From a virus, in IMG/VR virus record IMGVR_UViG_3300048915_000098, positions 1 through 62,690 of that record: DNA of 62,690 nt; one strand, given 5' to 3'. Position numbers and translations under genes: made by a program. Positions 40,703 to 50,282 of this stretch are shown piece by piece. Within the stretch, counting starts at the first letter, position 1. Every line of letters begins with the position of its first letter. The notes beneath the pieces were generated by a model, which was given only the letters and a program-made list of their open reading frames with translations, had not been told where the DNA came from and ran no database searches.

Positions 40703-43166
40703 TGCCAGTGTTGGTGCCCTGCCCTGCTCGGATAATCAGACGAATAACGTAAGGCCCGATCTTTGGCGGCGTCCAGGCAAGTGCCTCGGACGGTCCGACG
40801 GTTGACGTGCCGACGGCGCCATTGCCACCAGCCGGGACGTGCACCGTACCAATCTGCACTGCACCACTTTGGTCTGGAGGGTAATACCAGACTTCAACTG
40901 CGGTGGCTGCGACGTCAGTGCCATCAACAAAAATCTGGCGCGCAGTCAGTGTGTTGTTGCAATAGACCCAATCGACATTCCGATCCTTGGCGTTGCTGCC
41001 GGTCCCCCAATAGAGGACACCTGTCGTCGCCTGAATGAACGTCGTGCTGGTCATCTCCTTGGCGTTTTGGTAGTACGCCACATCCAGCGTGCAGAGGTCG
41101 TGTCCGTTGATATTTGAGTAGAAGACGTCGTCGTTGAACTTGTTGTAGCCGGCCTTCTTGGCGCTGTAGTTGCTGTCAGTGGAGGTGACGCTGTCGCTCC
41201 AGTAGGTGCACGATTGCCACTGATCATTGCCGCTGTTGCCGTTCTTGGTGACGCGCGGCGACGAGTGGAAATTCATGCACCGCTGCACGCCGTTTTGCAG
41301 CACCGTGCGGACATGGGCATCAACGTAGGCCTCCATCCGCGGGTCGACGGCGGCTTGCACCGCATACGAGGACCAGCTCGTGTACTGCAGCGCCGGACCG
41401 CCCTCGTAACTGATTGGGCGCAGGCCGTTCCGCAAAGCGAGATAGACGGCGCCGCGAGCGCCGTTATCGATCGTTGCCGCAGTGCCGGCTCCAGTCGAAT
41501 CGTTCAGCAACGCATAGAGGCTCGTCGTCTTCGTCGCGTCGTACAGGTCGTCATACGCAGCCAACGTGCCCGAATTGGCGTTGTAGAAAGCCGGCGCAAA
41601 GCCGTCCAGCCATGCGCCCGTGCCATCCAGCCACTTGTAGTAGGTGATCTCGAACGGACTGGCGTCCTGACCGCCCTGTACCCCCGCCGGCATCTGGACG
41701 TTCAGGTAGCAGCGATCCTTGTACGTGGCTTTCGGGCGAACGGTTTGCCACGATTGCATGCCGAGATAGGTGTTGCGGACCGTCCACTTGACCTTGACGC
41801 TGGCGAGCGCAAACGAAAGGTTGTCGGCCAGCAGCGGAGAGCCGACGTTGAAATACATTTGTGTGCTGCCAGGAGCAGTCGACGCAGTCGTCGTGCTGAT
41901 GCCAGTGTTGTAGGTGAACGTGTTCCCGCTCACGCTGGTCACCGTCACCTGCCTGGTCGTGTTGGCGATCTGGCCGAGTGCGTTGAAGGACACCGTGGTC
42001 GCGCTCACGATGAGTGGCGCGTTAAGGACGATGTAGGGCTGATTCGTCGCGTAGTCCAGGTACGTCGAGCAGTTGGACGCCAGCGTCACGGTCACATTGC
42101 CGGCCGTATCCAGACTCATGCTCGTGATTTGAATCGCCGCGGTAGGGCCTTGATAGAGCGCGCTGGGCTGGCTCGAGTTGTAGTTGGAGTTGAGCAAGTA
42201 GTTCGCCAGCGCCTGCGTGCTGTTGACCACGGCCCACAGATAGGCATTGAAGCGAATCGGGATGAATGAATTCCACGGCTCGTTGCCGTACTCCATCTCC
42301 AGCTCGTCGATGCCGATGCCCTTTGAATTGGCAAGTGTCGCGAGTTGGGCCCAGTAGTCCGCGTCGCAGAACGGTGGCACGTTGACCATCAGCTTGGATG
42401 TCCGCGAACCGGGATACGCTTTGGCAGCCAAGTAGAAGTCGAAACCTCGCTCCCAACTGCCGATGTCCGCGGCCACCTGTGGCCCTGTGTAGTTGGGCGG
42501 CCGCGTCGACCACGTCGTGTCAGTGCGACCACCGCCGTTCCAGAAGTCAAGCAGGCGCATGACGTTGTTCTTGGAGACTTCGGCCAGCGCCTCGGCACGG
42601 AACAACGGGCCGCCGACGGTAGTAGCCTGCCCATCGAACGGCGTGTCCACGAATGTCACGGCGCCGTTGACGCCAAGGTTCACCGTCGCGCCAGGCGCCA
42701 CGGTGAAGGTAAACGGCTGCACCGTGGTCGCGCCGCCGTTGGTCGTATAGCTTGCGCCGAGCGTGAAGCCCGTGATCCCGGAGCTTGCCGGCGAGGGGGT
42801 CGAGAACGAGGGCAGCGTGGCGCCCTGCGAGGTGTTGTACCAGATGGCCCAGGTGTACGTGCCCGCTGGCACGACACTGTCGTACGAGGTGCCAGCGCCG
42901 TTAGAGATGGCAATGCTGATGCGGACAAAGAACGCCTCGGTCGGCCAGCCCGTGACCGGGTCACGATTGCAATTGACGCCAGGGCTCCCCATCCTTTCAA
43001 GCCGTGCTCCGTTGTAGAGCGCTTGGGAATAGAGGCGGTTCGTCAGGATCGAGTTCGCACCGCTGAAGTTGGCGCCCATGCCGCCGATGTCGCGGAATTT
43101 GGCCTTCCAGGTGCCAGCCGTGGCCCGCACAAAGGCATTCATCTGGAATCGGCTGATGGCGCTCAT
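40680..43166 (-). CDS. Glycoside-hydrolase-like (clan GH-A type) putative polysaccharide depolymerase (828 aa)
   Basis: ELEMEYGNEPWN contains the NEP acid/base signature of TIM-barrel GH-A enzymes. Asn/Thr/Ser/Tyr-rich; GC visibly lower than the flanks. Confidence 0.55.
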   Translation of the reverse strand: MSAISRFQMNAFVRATAGTWKAKFRDIGGMGANFSGANSILTNRLYSQALYNGARLERMGSPGVNCNRDPVTGWPTEAFFVRISIAISNGAGTSYDSVVPAGTYTWAIWYNTSQGATLPSFSTPSPASSGITGFTLGASYTTNGGATTVQPFTFTVAPGATVNLGVNGAVTFVDTPFDGQATTVGGPLFRAEALAEVSKNNVMRLLDFWNGGGRTDTTWSTRPPNYTGPQVAADIGSWERGFDFYLAAKAYPGSRTSKLMVNVPPFCDADYWAQLATLANSKGIGIDELEMEYGNEPWNSFIPIRFNAYLWAVVNSTQALANYLLNSNYNSSQPSALYQGPTAAIQITSMSLDTAGNVTVTLASNCSTYLDYATNQPYIVLNAPLIVSATTVSFNALGQIANTTRQVTVTSVSGNTFTYNTGISTTTASTAPGSTQMYFNVGSPLLADNLSFALASVKVKWTVRNTYLGMQSWQTVRPKATYKDRCYLNVQMPAGVQGGQDASPFEITYYKWLDGTGAWLDGFAPAFYNANSGTLAAYDDLYDATKTTSLYALLNDSTGAGTAATIDNGARGAVYLALRNGLRPISYEGGPALQYTSWSSYAVQAAVDPRMEAYVDAHVRTVLQNGVQRCMNFHSSPRVTKNGNSGNDQWQSCTYWSDSVTSTDSNYSAKKAGYNKFNDDVFYSNINGHDLCTLDVAYYQNAKEMTSTTFIQATTGVLYWGTGSNAKDRNVDWVYCNNTLTARQIFVDGTDVAATAVEVWYYPPDQSGAVQIGTVHVPAGGNGAVGTSTVGPSEALAWTPPKIGPYVIRLIIRAGQGTNTGIRRVRFV

Positions 43167-43169
43167 GGC

Positions 43170-45044
43170 TTACGGCAGCTTGTTGATGCCAACGCAGCGA
43201 ACGCCGACGTTTGCGGTCTTGGTGAAGTCGCTGCTCGCGGCCGCCGAGACACCGTTGACGGTGCCCATCTTGACCTGGATCTGCGGCACGACAGTGCTGA
43301 TGGTGCCGTTGCTCATTTGCAGGCGTCCCGTGGAGATCTTCATATTCCCGGATGGCGAAGCCACTGGGAATGGGCCCGAGTCAAGCGTTTCGCCGTTCGT
43401 GACAAAGCCGTATCGGCCGCTGGCGTTTGTCGTCATCTGCGCAAGGATGTACTGAATCCCCGCGGCGACCGCGTTTTCCCAATACAGTTCGAACACGAAC
43501 TCGTATTCGGCTTCGTCCGTTGGTGAACCGATGCCTGCTGCCGCCAGGTTGGCAAAGCCAGAGGTGCCAGCCGGGTCGAAGACCAAGACCTCGTTGCTGC
43601 CGCCGCCGGCGCACTCAGCGTTGATCCACACACCGAGACCATCGGGATCGGCCCACTGCGAGCACTTCATGGTCGCCGTTGCGGATGCCCCTTGCCCGCA
43701 GACCCAGCCAGACGGAATGCCGGCGACTGGCGAAGTGCCCTTCGGAAGCCGCGTGCTGTTCGATCCGCCGCCGAGGTATGTGCCGCTGGTCGAGCTGGTG
43801 TTCCACGGGCCCTTGAGCCAGACGTGCGTGCGACCGCCGGGCGTGCCGGAGTCGGTCGAACTGCGCGGAACTACCACCGGGAACGTGATCCCAGCAGCAG
43901 TCATTGTCGCGGCGAGAGGAACGCCCTGCTTGGCTGCAGACGACGTCGTGAAGTGCGTGCCGTCGCTGGTGTCGTAGTTGCCGTCGGGGTCGAGGTGACC
44001 GCTGTTGTCGTACATCACCTGAGAGGCGAAGCTGTACGTCGGCGTGGATACGTCCGAGAAGAGGATGCGTCCGGGGCTAGCCTGTTGAAGTTCGTACAAC
44101 TGCCGGTTGTACGTCTTCCTAGGCGTGGGGTTGTACAGCGTGTACGTGCTGGAATCGACGTTGAGCGTGTTCGGCGCGCCAGAAGTTGCGCACTTGCCGA
44201 TGACTTGCTCGTTGAAACTTCCGACGACGCCGGTGTATGGCGTACCTAGGGCTGCGGCGCTGCCAACGAACGAGCAAGATTCGAGCACGACATATGCGTT
44301 GCCACCACTGCCGTCCGCGCCCGTCAGGCCATCGAGCAACTTCTTCATCGAAGTAGCTGTCGCAGTTGGATCACCGCCAGGCTTCAGATCGTTGATGCCC
44401 ATGCGGACGATGCACAGCACCTGACGGCCGAGGCCGTTGTAGTAGGTGGTCAGTTGCTTGGCGTAGGCGAGCTCAGCCGCCGATTCGGCCGAGAGATTGC
44501 CGGAGCCGTCACCGATCAGTGCGCCAGGGTGGCCCAGGTTGGCCACGATGTCCATGCCGCCACCCAGGATCGCGTTGGCGTGGTTCACTGGCCCGCGCCA
44601 GGAGCGGCGCTCCATGTTGATGATGTCGCCGTTGCCGAGAACCTGCGTGACGCCCGATGCGGCGGTTGTCGCATTCCAACTTGGCGCACCCTTCGCGTAG
44701 GTGTCGCTGGCGTTCGTGTGGATGCTGAGGCCCGTCGTCGTCGAGTCCTCGTAGTTGTTTCGGCCAATGACCTCGAGAGACTTGTCCGAGACATTGACGA
44801 TAGATGCGCGCGGCGTCCCGGCCATCGCCGTGGAGCCTAGCGTCGTCGTGATGGCTGCCGTAATGCGGCCCGGATGCGTCGTACCGTCGCGAGCGAGGGT
44901 GGCCGCGCCAATCGCCACCATCTGGTTTTCCTTACCCGTGATCGAGTCACCGATCAGGATGACCGCCGGATTCGACAGCGCCGGGAAGGTGGCGGCCCCG
45001 AACTTCTTGACAGCCCGGGCGCGCGCGTGGAGTGCTGGCCGCAT
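43170..45044 (-). CDS. SGNH/GDSL-family esterase with a C-terminal beta-rich domain (624 aa)
   Basis: Block I VILIGDSITG, block III MGINDL, block V SDGTHFT. Confidence 0.7.
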   Translation of the reverse strand: MRPALHARARAVKKFGAATFPALSNPAVILIGDSITGKENQMVAIGAATLARDGTTHPGRITAAITTTLGSTAMAGTPRASIVNVSDKSLEVIGRNNYEDSTTTGLSIHTNASDTYAKGAPSWNATTAASGVTQVLGNGDIINMERRSWRGPVNHANAILGGGMDIVANLGHPGALIGDGSGNLSAESAAELAYAKQLTTYYNGLGRQVLCIVRMGINDLKPGGDPTATATSMKKLLDGLTGADGSGGNAYVVLESCSFVGSAAALGTPYTGVVGSFNEQVIGKCATSGAPNTLNVDSSTYTLYNPTPRKTYNRQLYELQQASPGRILFSDVSTPTYSFASQVMYDNSGHLDPDGNYDTSDGTHFTTSSAAKQGVPLAATMTAAGITFPVVVPRSSTDSGTPGGRTHVWLKGPWNTSSTSGTYLGGGSNSTRLPKGTSPVAGIPSGWVCGQGASATATMKCSQWADPDGLGVWINAECAGGGSNEVLVFDPAGTSGFANLAAAGIGSPTDEAEYEFVFELYWENAVAAGIQYILAQMTTNASGRYGFVTNGETLDSGPFPVASPSGNMKISTGRLQMSNGTISTVVPQIQVKMGTVNGVSAAASSDFTKTANVGVRCVGINKLP

Positions 45045-45048
45045 CGCT

Positions 45049-46371
45049 TCAGCCCACCAGAGCGCGCCAGGTGTCCGCGCCCACCTTCTGCAAGAACGCG
45101 GTTTCGTACTGCGCGCTGATGGCCAGCGACCGCGCCGAGGGCTTGACGATCGTCACGCCCGAACCGGCCGCAATGGTCGTCGTCCCGGCGCCGCCCTGGG
45201 ACACGCTGATGACCGTGTAGAGCGGGAAGGCGACGGACGAATTGGGCGGGATCGTCAACGTGTTCGCGGCTGCGTTCGCCATGTCCACGCTGTTGCCGGC
45301 ATCGCTGAGCGCCAGCGTGTAGGTGGTGCCGGTCTGGAAGTTGATCGGCTGCTGCAGGAGAGCCGGAGCGGTCGCCGTCAGAACCGTGGTGTTCGTGCCG
45401 GCCGCGCGCGTCACGTCGCCAGTGAGTGCGCCCGATTGCGCTGCCGGGACGTAGCCGCTGCCATCGAGCGAGGCCACGCCGTTTGCGGCGCCGACCTGCA
45501 CGGAGGTGATGTTCTTCTGCCAGGCGGTGCCATCGCTCTTGTAGAGGACGCCCGCCACCAGCGCATCGCAGTCGACGTTGCTGGCTGCCGGATAGGCGGT
45601 CTGGAGCGCAGAGGTCGAGGCGTAGGAACCGAGGTAGCCGCCGCCAAGGCGCACACAGGTGAAGGTTGTCCCGTTCCACACTGCCTCGTCGCCAGTCTGA
45701 TAGGTCTGGCCGTCCAGCACCTTGCCGCCCGCCCCGGTGTAGAGGAAAGCGTTCGATCCGAACAGTGGGAGCGGATTGGTGCCTGACGTGAGGTTGGGCG
45801 TCGTTCCGTCCCAGTTGATGGGGATGTTCTGCTTGGCCGCCAGGGCGCTCACGCCATCGGTCAGGTCGGTGGTGGCCAGCTTGCCCGTCATCTGGGCGGT
45901 CGGAACCTTGGTGTCGGAGCCGAGCGTCGCGACACCGTTGGCGGCGCCCTTCTGCGTCGAGGGGATCGCTGCATTGGCTGTGGTTTGCGCCGATCCCGCG
46001 GTGCTGAGCGCATTCGAGGCGTTGTTGTTCGCCGTGGTGATCGAGGCTTGCATGCCAGTGATGTCGATCGCCACGTACGCGGTTCCCGCCGCGTTGATGT
46101 ACCGGAGGATGTTGTCCGCCCCGACGAACAGCGCGCCGGCACCCAGCGCGATGTCGGCACTCGTGGGGGTGCCGGCCAGTTGAGGCGAGGTACGGACGTT
46201 CAGGCGCTTGTAGGATGCGGTGAGCGCAGTCCACGAACTGGACCCGTCGCCGATGCGCAGGTGCCCGGTGTCCGTCTCGAGGCCGACTTCGCCGAGGGCG
46301 AGCACCGGATTGACCGTCGTCCAGTTCGCGGAGGTGTCGCGGCGGACTTGAATTTGGGTGAGGAGACTCAT
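45049..46371 (-). CDS. Tail fibre protein with an Mtd-N/HylP-type N-terminal domain (440 aa)
   Basis: IQVRRDTSANWTTVNPVLALGEVGLETDTGHLRIGDGSSSW is the widespread fibre N-terminal signature. Confidence 0.75.
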   Translation of the reverse strand: MSLLTQIQVRRDTSANWTTVNPVLALGEVGLETDTGHLRIGDGSSSWTALTASYKRLNVRTSPQLAGTPTSADIALGAGALFVGADNILRYINAAGTAYVAIDITGMQASITTANNNASNALSTAGSAQTTANAAIPSTQKGAANGVATLGSDTKVPTAQMTGKLATTDLTDGVSALAAKQNIPINWDGTTPNLTSGTNPLPLFGSNAFLYTGAGGKVLDGQTYQTGDEAVWNGTTFTCVRLGGGYLGSYASTSALQTAYPAASNVDCDALVAGVLYKSDGTAWQKNITSVQVGAANGVASLDGSGYVPAAQSGALTGDVTRAAGTNTTVLTATAPALLQQPINFQTGTTYTLALSDAGNSVDMANAAANTLTIPPNSSVAFPLYTVISVSQGGAGTTTIAAGSGVTIVKPSARSLAISAQYETAFLQKVGADTWRALVG

Positions 46372-46380
46372 GGACTTCCC

Positions 46381-46908
46381 TCAGGCGGTGCCGCCGTCGA
46401 TGGGTGGAAGGGTGTAGGTGCTGTTCGAGCTGCCGCCGCTCAGGGACTCGCCCAGATACGTCGACGAGGCGGTGCCGCCGTCGTAGGCGAGGACCGCCCC
46501 GGCCCCGTCGATGGGGCCGCCGACCGCCGCGTACGACAGGCCGATCGCGATGCAATTGATGCTGGTGCCGGCGTCGGCCGAGGTGACCGAGTACGAAGCG
46601 CCCGTCGCCCCGCTGATCGGGACGCCGTTGCGCGTCCACTGGAAGCTGGTCGCAGCCCAGCCGGCCGCGAGCTGCGCGACCAGGGTGCCGCCCACCACGA
46701 AGTTGCCGGTGACCGAGACAGGGGCAATGCCGCCCGCCACATAGGCGAGCGAGGCCTGGCCCGGGCCGTTGATGAGCACCGACTTGCCGAGCCCGCGCGC
46801 GATGTCCTTCTGCAGGGACGTGGTCGTGCCGGCCTTGACGGTGAGCACGTCGAAGACCACGTCCTCCAGGAACGTGACGCTCAGGTACTGGATCGGCGAG
46901 ACGGGCAT
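46381..46908 (-). CDS. Ig-like-domain protein (possible decoration/fibre accessory, 175 aa)
   Basis: FQWTRNGVPISGATGASYSVTSADAGTSINCIA is a bacterial Ig-like repeat signature. Confidence 0.55.
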   Translation of the reverse strand: MPVSPIQYLSVTFLEDVVFDVLTVKAGTTTSLQKDIARGLGKSVLINGPGQASLAYVAGGIAPVSVTGNFVVGGTLVAQLAAGWAATSFQWTRNGVPISGATGASYSVTSADAGTSINCIAIGLSYAAVGGPIDGAGAVLAYDGGTASSTYLGESLSGGSSNSTYTLPPIDGGTA

Positions 46909-46919
46909 CTCTTCTCCGA

Positions 46920-47264
46920 TCAGGCCGCGGCTTGGCCGGCTTCAGCGTCGGCGATCGCCTTGAGCAGGCGGGGCTCGCCCCAGGTGCCCTTGACGTCGAT
47001 GCCGAGCTCCTTGGCGCGCACGCGCAGCGCGTCGAGCTTGGCGACCTTCTGCGCGGCGGAGCCGGCGGGCTCGTCCTCGCTGTTGCCTTGTTCGCTGACC
47101 GGCTCGTTCGCCTCTTCCCACACGGTGGGAAACGAGAGCAGCTTGGAGGCGGCAACGGGGTCGGCGACCTCGTGCACGTCGCCATTGCCCATCCAGACGA
47201 TCCCGGTGGCGGCGACGTTGTCTTGCTTCACCGGCTTGATGCCGATGTATCGGATCTGCGTCAT
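46920..47264 (-). CDS. Hypothetical head-module protein with a Rho-N/HeH-like C-terminus (114 aa)
   Basis: Start moved to ATG 47264 (GGAG RBS); the track start at 47276 is a TTG. C-terminus: KLDALRVRAKELGIDVKGTWGEPRLLKAI. Confidence 0.55.
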   Translation of the reverse strand: MTQIRYIGIKPVKQDNVAATGIVWMGNGDVHEVADPVAASKLLSFPTVWEEANEPVSEQGNSEDEPAGSAAQKVAKLDALRVRAKELGIDVKGTWGEPRLLKAIADAEAGQAAA

Positions 47265-47274
47265 TCGGCGCTCC

Positions 47275-47304
47275 AAAAAGAAGAGCGGCTCCCGAAGGAG
47301 CCGC
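47275..47304 (-). terminator. Rho-independent terminator after the capsid/decoration genes
   Basis: Minus strand: GCGGCTCC-TTCG-GGAGCCGC followed by TCTTCTTTTT. Confidence 0.6.
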
Positions 47305-47338
47305 CCAAAGCGCCCGCAGGCGCGGAGACAACAGCGAA

Positions 47339-47782
47339 TTACTTCGGACCGTTGGCGTTGCCCGAGACGATCGCCCAGAGCTTGCCGGCCGCGGCGAACG
47401 TGGCCGCCGAAGCCGTCAGCGTCAGGCGCACGATCACGTCTTCGTTGAAGGTGATCGGCTCGAAGCCGCAGAACAGCCGGCCGCCGGCGCGCATGACCGT
47501 CTGGCCCGCCGCGGCGAAGTAGTTGTCGACCGCCGTCAGCGAGGACGTCGAGTCGACCGCCAGGTAGCCCAGCTTGAACGCCAGCGTCGGGGTGCCGTTG
47601 GTGTCGAAGGCCGCGGACTGCACCGCCACGTTGGTGATCTCCAGCCCCGCGGGGATGTAGAAGTCGAACGTGTCGCCGCTGGCCGCAGCCGTCGGGACGC
47701 AGTAGTCGTTGATGTGGACAGCCAGGCCCTCGGCCTGCATGAACTTCGGCGCGTTGAAACGCACCGCCTTGGTGTTTGCCAT
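47339..47782 (-). CDS. Putative capsid decoration/auxiliary head protein (147 aa)
   Basis: Immediately follows the major capsid gene. Beta-rich; good codon bias. Confidence 0.55.
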   Translation of the reverse strand: MANTKAVRFNAPKFMQAEGLAVHINDYCVPTAAASGDTFDFYIPAGLEITNVAVQSAAFDTNGTPTLAFKLGYLAVDSTSSLTAVDNYFAAAGQTVMRAGGRLFCGFEPITFNEDVIVRLTLTASAATFAAAGKLWAIVSGNANGPK

Positions 47783-47841
47783 GGTGGATTTCTCCGAAAG
47801 AGGTTGAGAGCGGGGCGACCGACGGCCGCCCCGTCAGTGCG

Positions 47842-49137
47842 TCAGACGCGGCGGCGGGTGACGGAGTCGATGACCATCACGCCGAAGTCGGTCGGCTCGG
47901 CCTGGCCCGTCTCGTTGGGCACGGAGAACCGCACCTTCTGCTCGGCGCCGATGATCTCGCCCGCGATCTCCAGATTGCGGCCGAAGTTCTCGGAGTTCTC
48001 GAGCATCGTGTAGGGCGAGCCCGAACCGGTGTTCGCGCCGCCGGCCACGCCCAGCGCCTGCGCCGACAGGAACAGCGAGCGCGAGATCTGGTAGGCCGAG
48101 GTGATCGCCGCGTTGACGGTGACCTGCGTCTCGGTGGCCGCGTAGCGGTTGGCCTGCGACACGTAGTTGACGCCGGCACCCGCCGAGAAGCGCACGCCCT
48201 GGCTCATCTTGCGAACCAGCACGCCGTTCCACAGCAGCGGGCCGCCGGCGAACAGCGGGTGCTTGGCCATGTCGCCGTACTTGGCGCGCTCGAGCGCCGC
48301 CGACTGCCACTGGCGGAAGTTGTTGCCCGTGGACTTGTCGGTCAGGATCGTGTCCCAGACCAGCGGGTCGACCATCAGCACGCCCTTGATCGGGTCGTCA
48401 CCCGCGGCGGGGTCGCCGGGGATCTGGATCGGGGCCATCTTGATGGTCATTTCGTCGAACAGCGCGGCGATCTCGTCGATGTGCGACAGCAGGAGGACGT
48501 CCGTGTTGTCGATCGCCGAGAGTTGCTGGCCGCCCTGCACCAGCGTGGAGCCGTCGCAGACGTAGTGCCGGTTGTAGGTCGGCGCCATGACCGGGTTGAT
48601 CATCTGGCTGGCGAAGTCCGGATCGCTGGCCAGGGGCAGCACCCAATCGGAGCCGTCCATCTCGCCGCGAGCGCCGGCCATCTGGGTCAGCGCGCGCTGC
48701 CACAGGAACGCCGGGACGCTGCCGGCCAGTTGCGCCAGCGCGAGGGTGCGCAGGTCGAACTGCAGGCGCTTCTGCGTCATCTTGCCGCCGACCGACACCG
48801 GCAGGGTCGCCATGTCGATCTTGATGTCCTGCTGGCTGAACTTCATCGAGGCGCCCAGGCCCTCAGCGTTCTGGTCGCCCATCACGGCGCGAACCTTGAC
48901 GACTTGCGCGCAGTCCATGCGCACGGTGTCGCCGGCGGTCTTGTCCAGGTCGTTGATGCGCACGATGGGCATGCCGGTCGACGACTGGCGGCGCAGGATG
49001 CCGGTGGCCTTGTCGATGGTCGGCGCGCCGGCGGACAGGGTCTTGAGCGGCGTGGGCGCCTTGACAGCCTGCGCGTAGAGCATGTCGCTCCAGATCTTGG
49101 GTGCCAGGTTGGAGCCCGACGGAACTTGCGTGGTCAT
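47842..49137 (-). CDS. Major capsid protein (N4-gp56-type)
   Basis: 431 aa. Lies after the scaffold gene. The N-terminal APKIWSDMLYAQA...GDTVRM pattern and length resemble the N4-gp56 family, recognised by eye. Confidence 0.8.
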   Translation of the reverse strand: MTTQVPSGSNLAPKIWSDMLYAQAVKAPTPLKTLSAGAPTIDKATGILRRQSSTGMPIVRINDLDKTAGDTVRMDCAQVVKVRAVMGDQNAEGLGASMKFSQQDIKIDMATLPVSVGGKMTQKRLQFDLRTLALAQLAGSVPAFLWQRALTQMAGARGEMDGSDWVLPLASDPDFASQMINPVMAPTYNRHYVCDGSTLVQGGQQLSAIDNTDVLLLSHIDEIAALFDEMTIKMAPIQIPGDPAAGDDPIKGVLMVDPLVWDTILTDKSTGNNFRQWQSAALERAKYGDMAKHPLFAGGPLLWNGVLVRKMSQGVRFSAGAGVNYVSQANRYAATETQVTVNAAITSAYQISRSLFLSAQALGVAGGANTGSGSPYTMLENSENFGRNLEIAGEIIGAEQKVRFSVPNETGQAEPTDFGVMVIDSVTRRRV

Positions 49138-49166
49138 GGTGAGTTACCTCAGAGGTTGGTCTGAAG

Positions 49167-50099
49167 TCACCCGAAGCGCGCGAGCGCGGCATGCATGTCC
49201 TCTTCGGACATGTTCATGATCTGCTCGAGGCTGGGGGCGCCTTCGGTCGTGGGTGCCGCACCGCCAGCGATGTCCGACAGCGTCGAGGGCTGGGCCCGGG
49301 GCGCTTTCGCAACAACTTCGGCGGGATCGCGGCGTGCGGTGGTAGCAGGTGCCGGCGCGGCGGCCGGCTTCTGAGGAGGCGTGGGAGCAGCGGGGGCGGA
49401 CTCGCCGAGCTCTGCCTTCACGCGTCGCGCGCATTCGGCGAGGCGTTCGGTCAGCGGCTTGTCAGCCCACTTCGGGTGGTTCTTCAGCAGGGCATCGGTC
49501 TGCACGGCCAGGTTGAACGCCGTCTGGTCCGGGTCGTTCTGCATGTCCAGGAGATCGGGGATCTCGTCGATCGCGTCCTGGACCGCCGGGGGCTGCGTGG
49601 GCGGAACGAAGTCGGAGTCGGCAGGCGCCGGCGCGGGGGCAGCCTTCGGGAGTGCGGCCTTGATGGCGCGCGTCTCGCGGAGGGCCTTGGCCACGACGGG
49701 CATGTCCTTCTCGAGTTCGGCGATTTCCTCGTCGGTGAGGCTCTCGTCCTTGGGCGTGGGGATCTGCTTGCGCGTCTCCTCGAGTTCCGCCTTCAGGCGA
49801 GCCGCTTCCTCGCGGGCTCGCTGCTCGGCGCGACGCGACGCACGGAGTGCGGCACGGACATCGCCTTGCTTTTCCGCCGCCGGCGCGGGGGCCGGGGCTT
49901 CGGCGGTGGTGCCGCCCTCGCCTTCAGTCTTCGCCGGGGTCGCTTCCTGGGTGCCTTGCGTCGCGCCTTCGGCCGGCTGCTCGCTCGTCGACGTGGTCGT
50001 CGCGGCCTGCTGCTCGGCTTCCGTCGCTTCGTGCTGGCGGATGTGCTCGATTACCTTGGCGAAGTCGTCATCGCCGTAGTCCTGCTGGGTGGTGGTCAT
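49167..50099 (-). CDS. Scaffolding protein (310 aa)
   Basis: Trimmed to ATG 50099. Acidic, Ala/Pro/Glu-rich and helical; lies between portal and capsid genes. Confidence 0.7.
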   Translation of the reverse strand: MTTTQQDYGDDDFAKVIEHIRQHEATEAEQQAATTTSTSEQPAEGATQGTQEATPAKTEGEGGTTAEAPAPAPAAEKQGDVRAALRASRRAEQRAREEAARLKAELEETRKQIPTPKDESLTDEEIAELEKDMPVVAKALRETRAIKAALPKAAPAPAPADSDFVPPTQPPAVQDAIDEIPDLLDMQNDPDQTAFNLAVQTDALLKNHPKWADKPLTERLAECARRVKAELGESAPAAPTPPQKPAAAPAPATTARRDPAEVVAKAPRAQPSTLSDIAGGAAPTTEGAPSLEQIMNMSEEDMHAALARFG

Positions 50100-50145
50100 T
50101 GCTCTTGGCTTCCTCAGTGCGCTGTGACGGGCGCGGCCCGAACGC

Positions 50146-50174
50146 AAAAAGCCCGCGTGATTGCTCAGGCGGGC
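50146..50174 (-). terminator. Hairpin plus T5 between portal and scaffold genes
   Basis: Minus strand: GCCCGC-(12-nt loop)-GCGGGC followed by TTTTTG. Confidence 0.45.
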
Positions 50175-50282
50175 TCGTGCGTGCCGTCCATGGATTCACG
50201 CGGCGGGGTCGGACGACGCCCTGCTGCGGCTGCCTCTGCGTACACGCTGCCCGGCGAGGCCGGTCGGGCAGCGGCTATGGGG

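Noticed and set aside
45049-46371. Diversity-generating retroelement, suggested by the Mtd-N-like fibre N-terminus
   Set aside because: No reverse transcriptase gene, no template/variable repeat pair and no C-type-lectin-like C-terminus are visible anywhere in the genome.
44954-47185. 743-aa minus-strand ORF spanning several tail/head genes
   Set aside because: It is out of frame with four well-supported genes carrying recognisable signatures (fibre N-domain, Ig-like repeat). The translation is Arg/Pro/Gly-rich junk.
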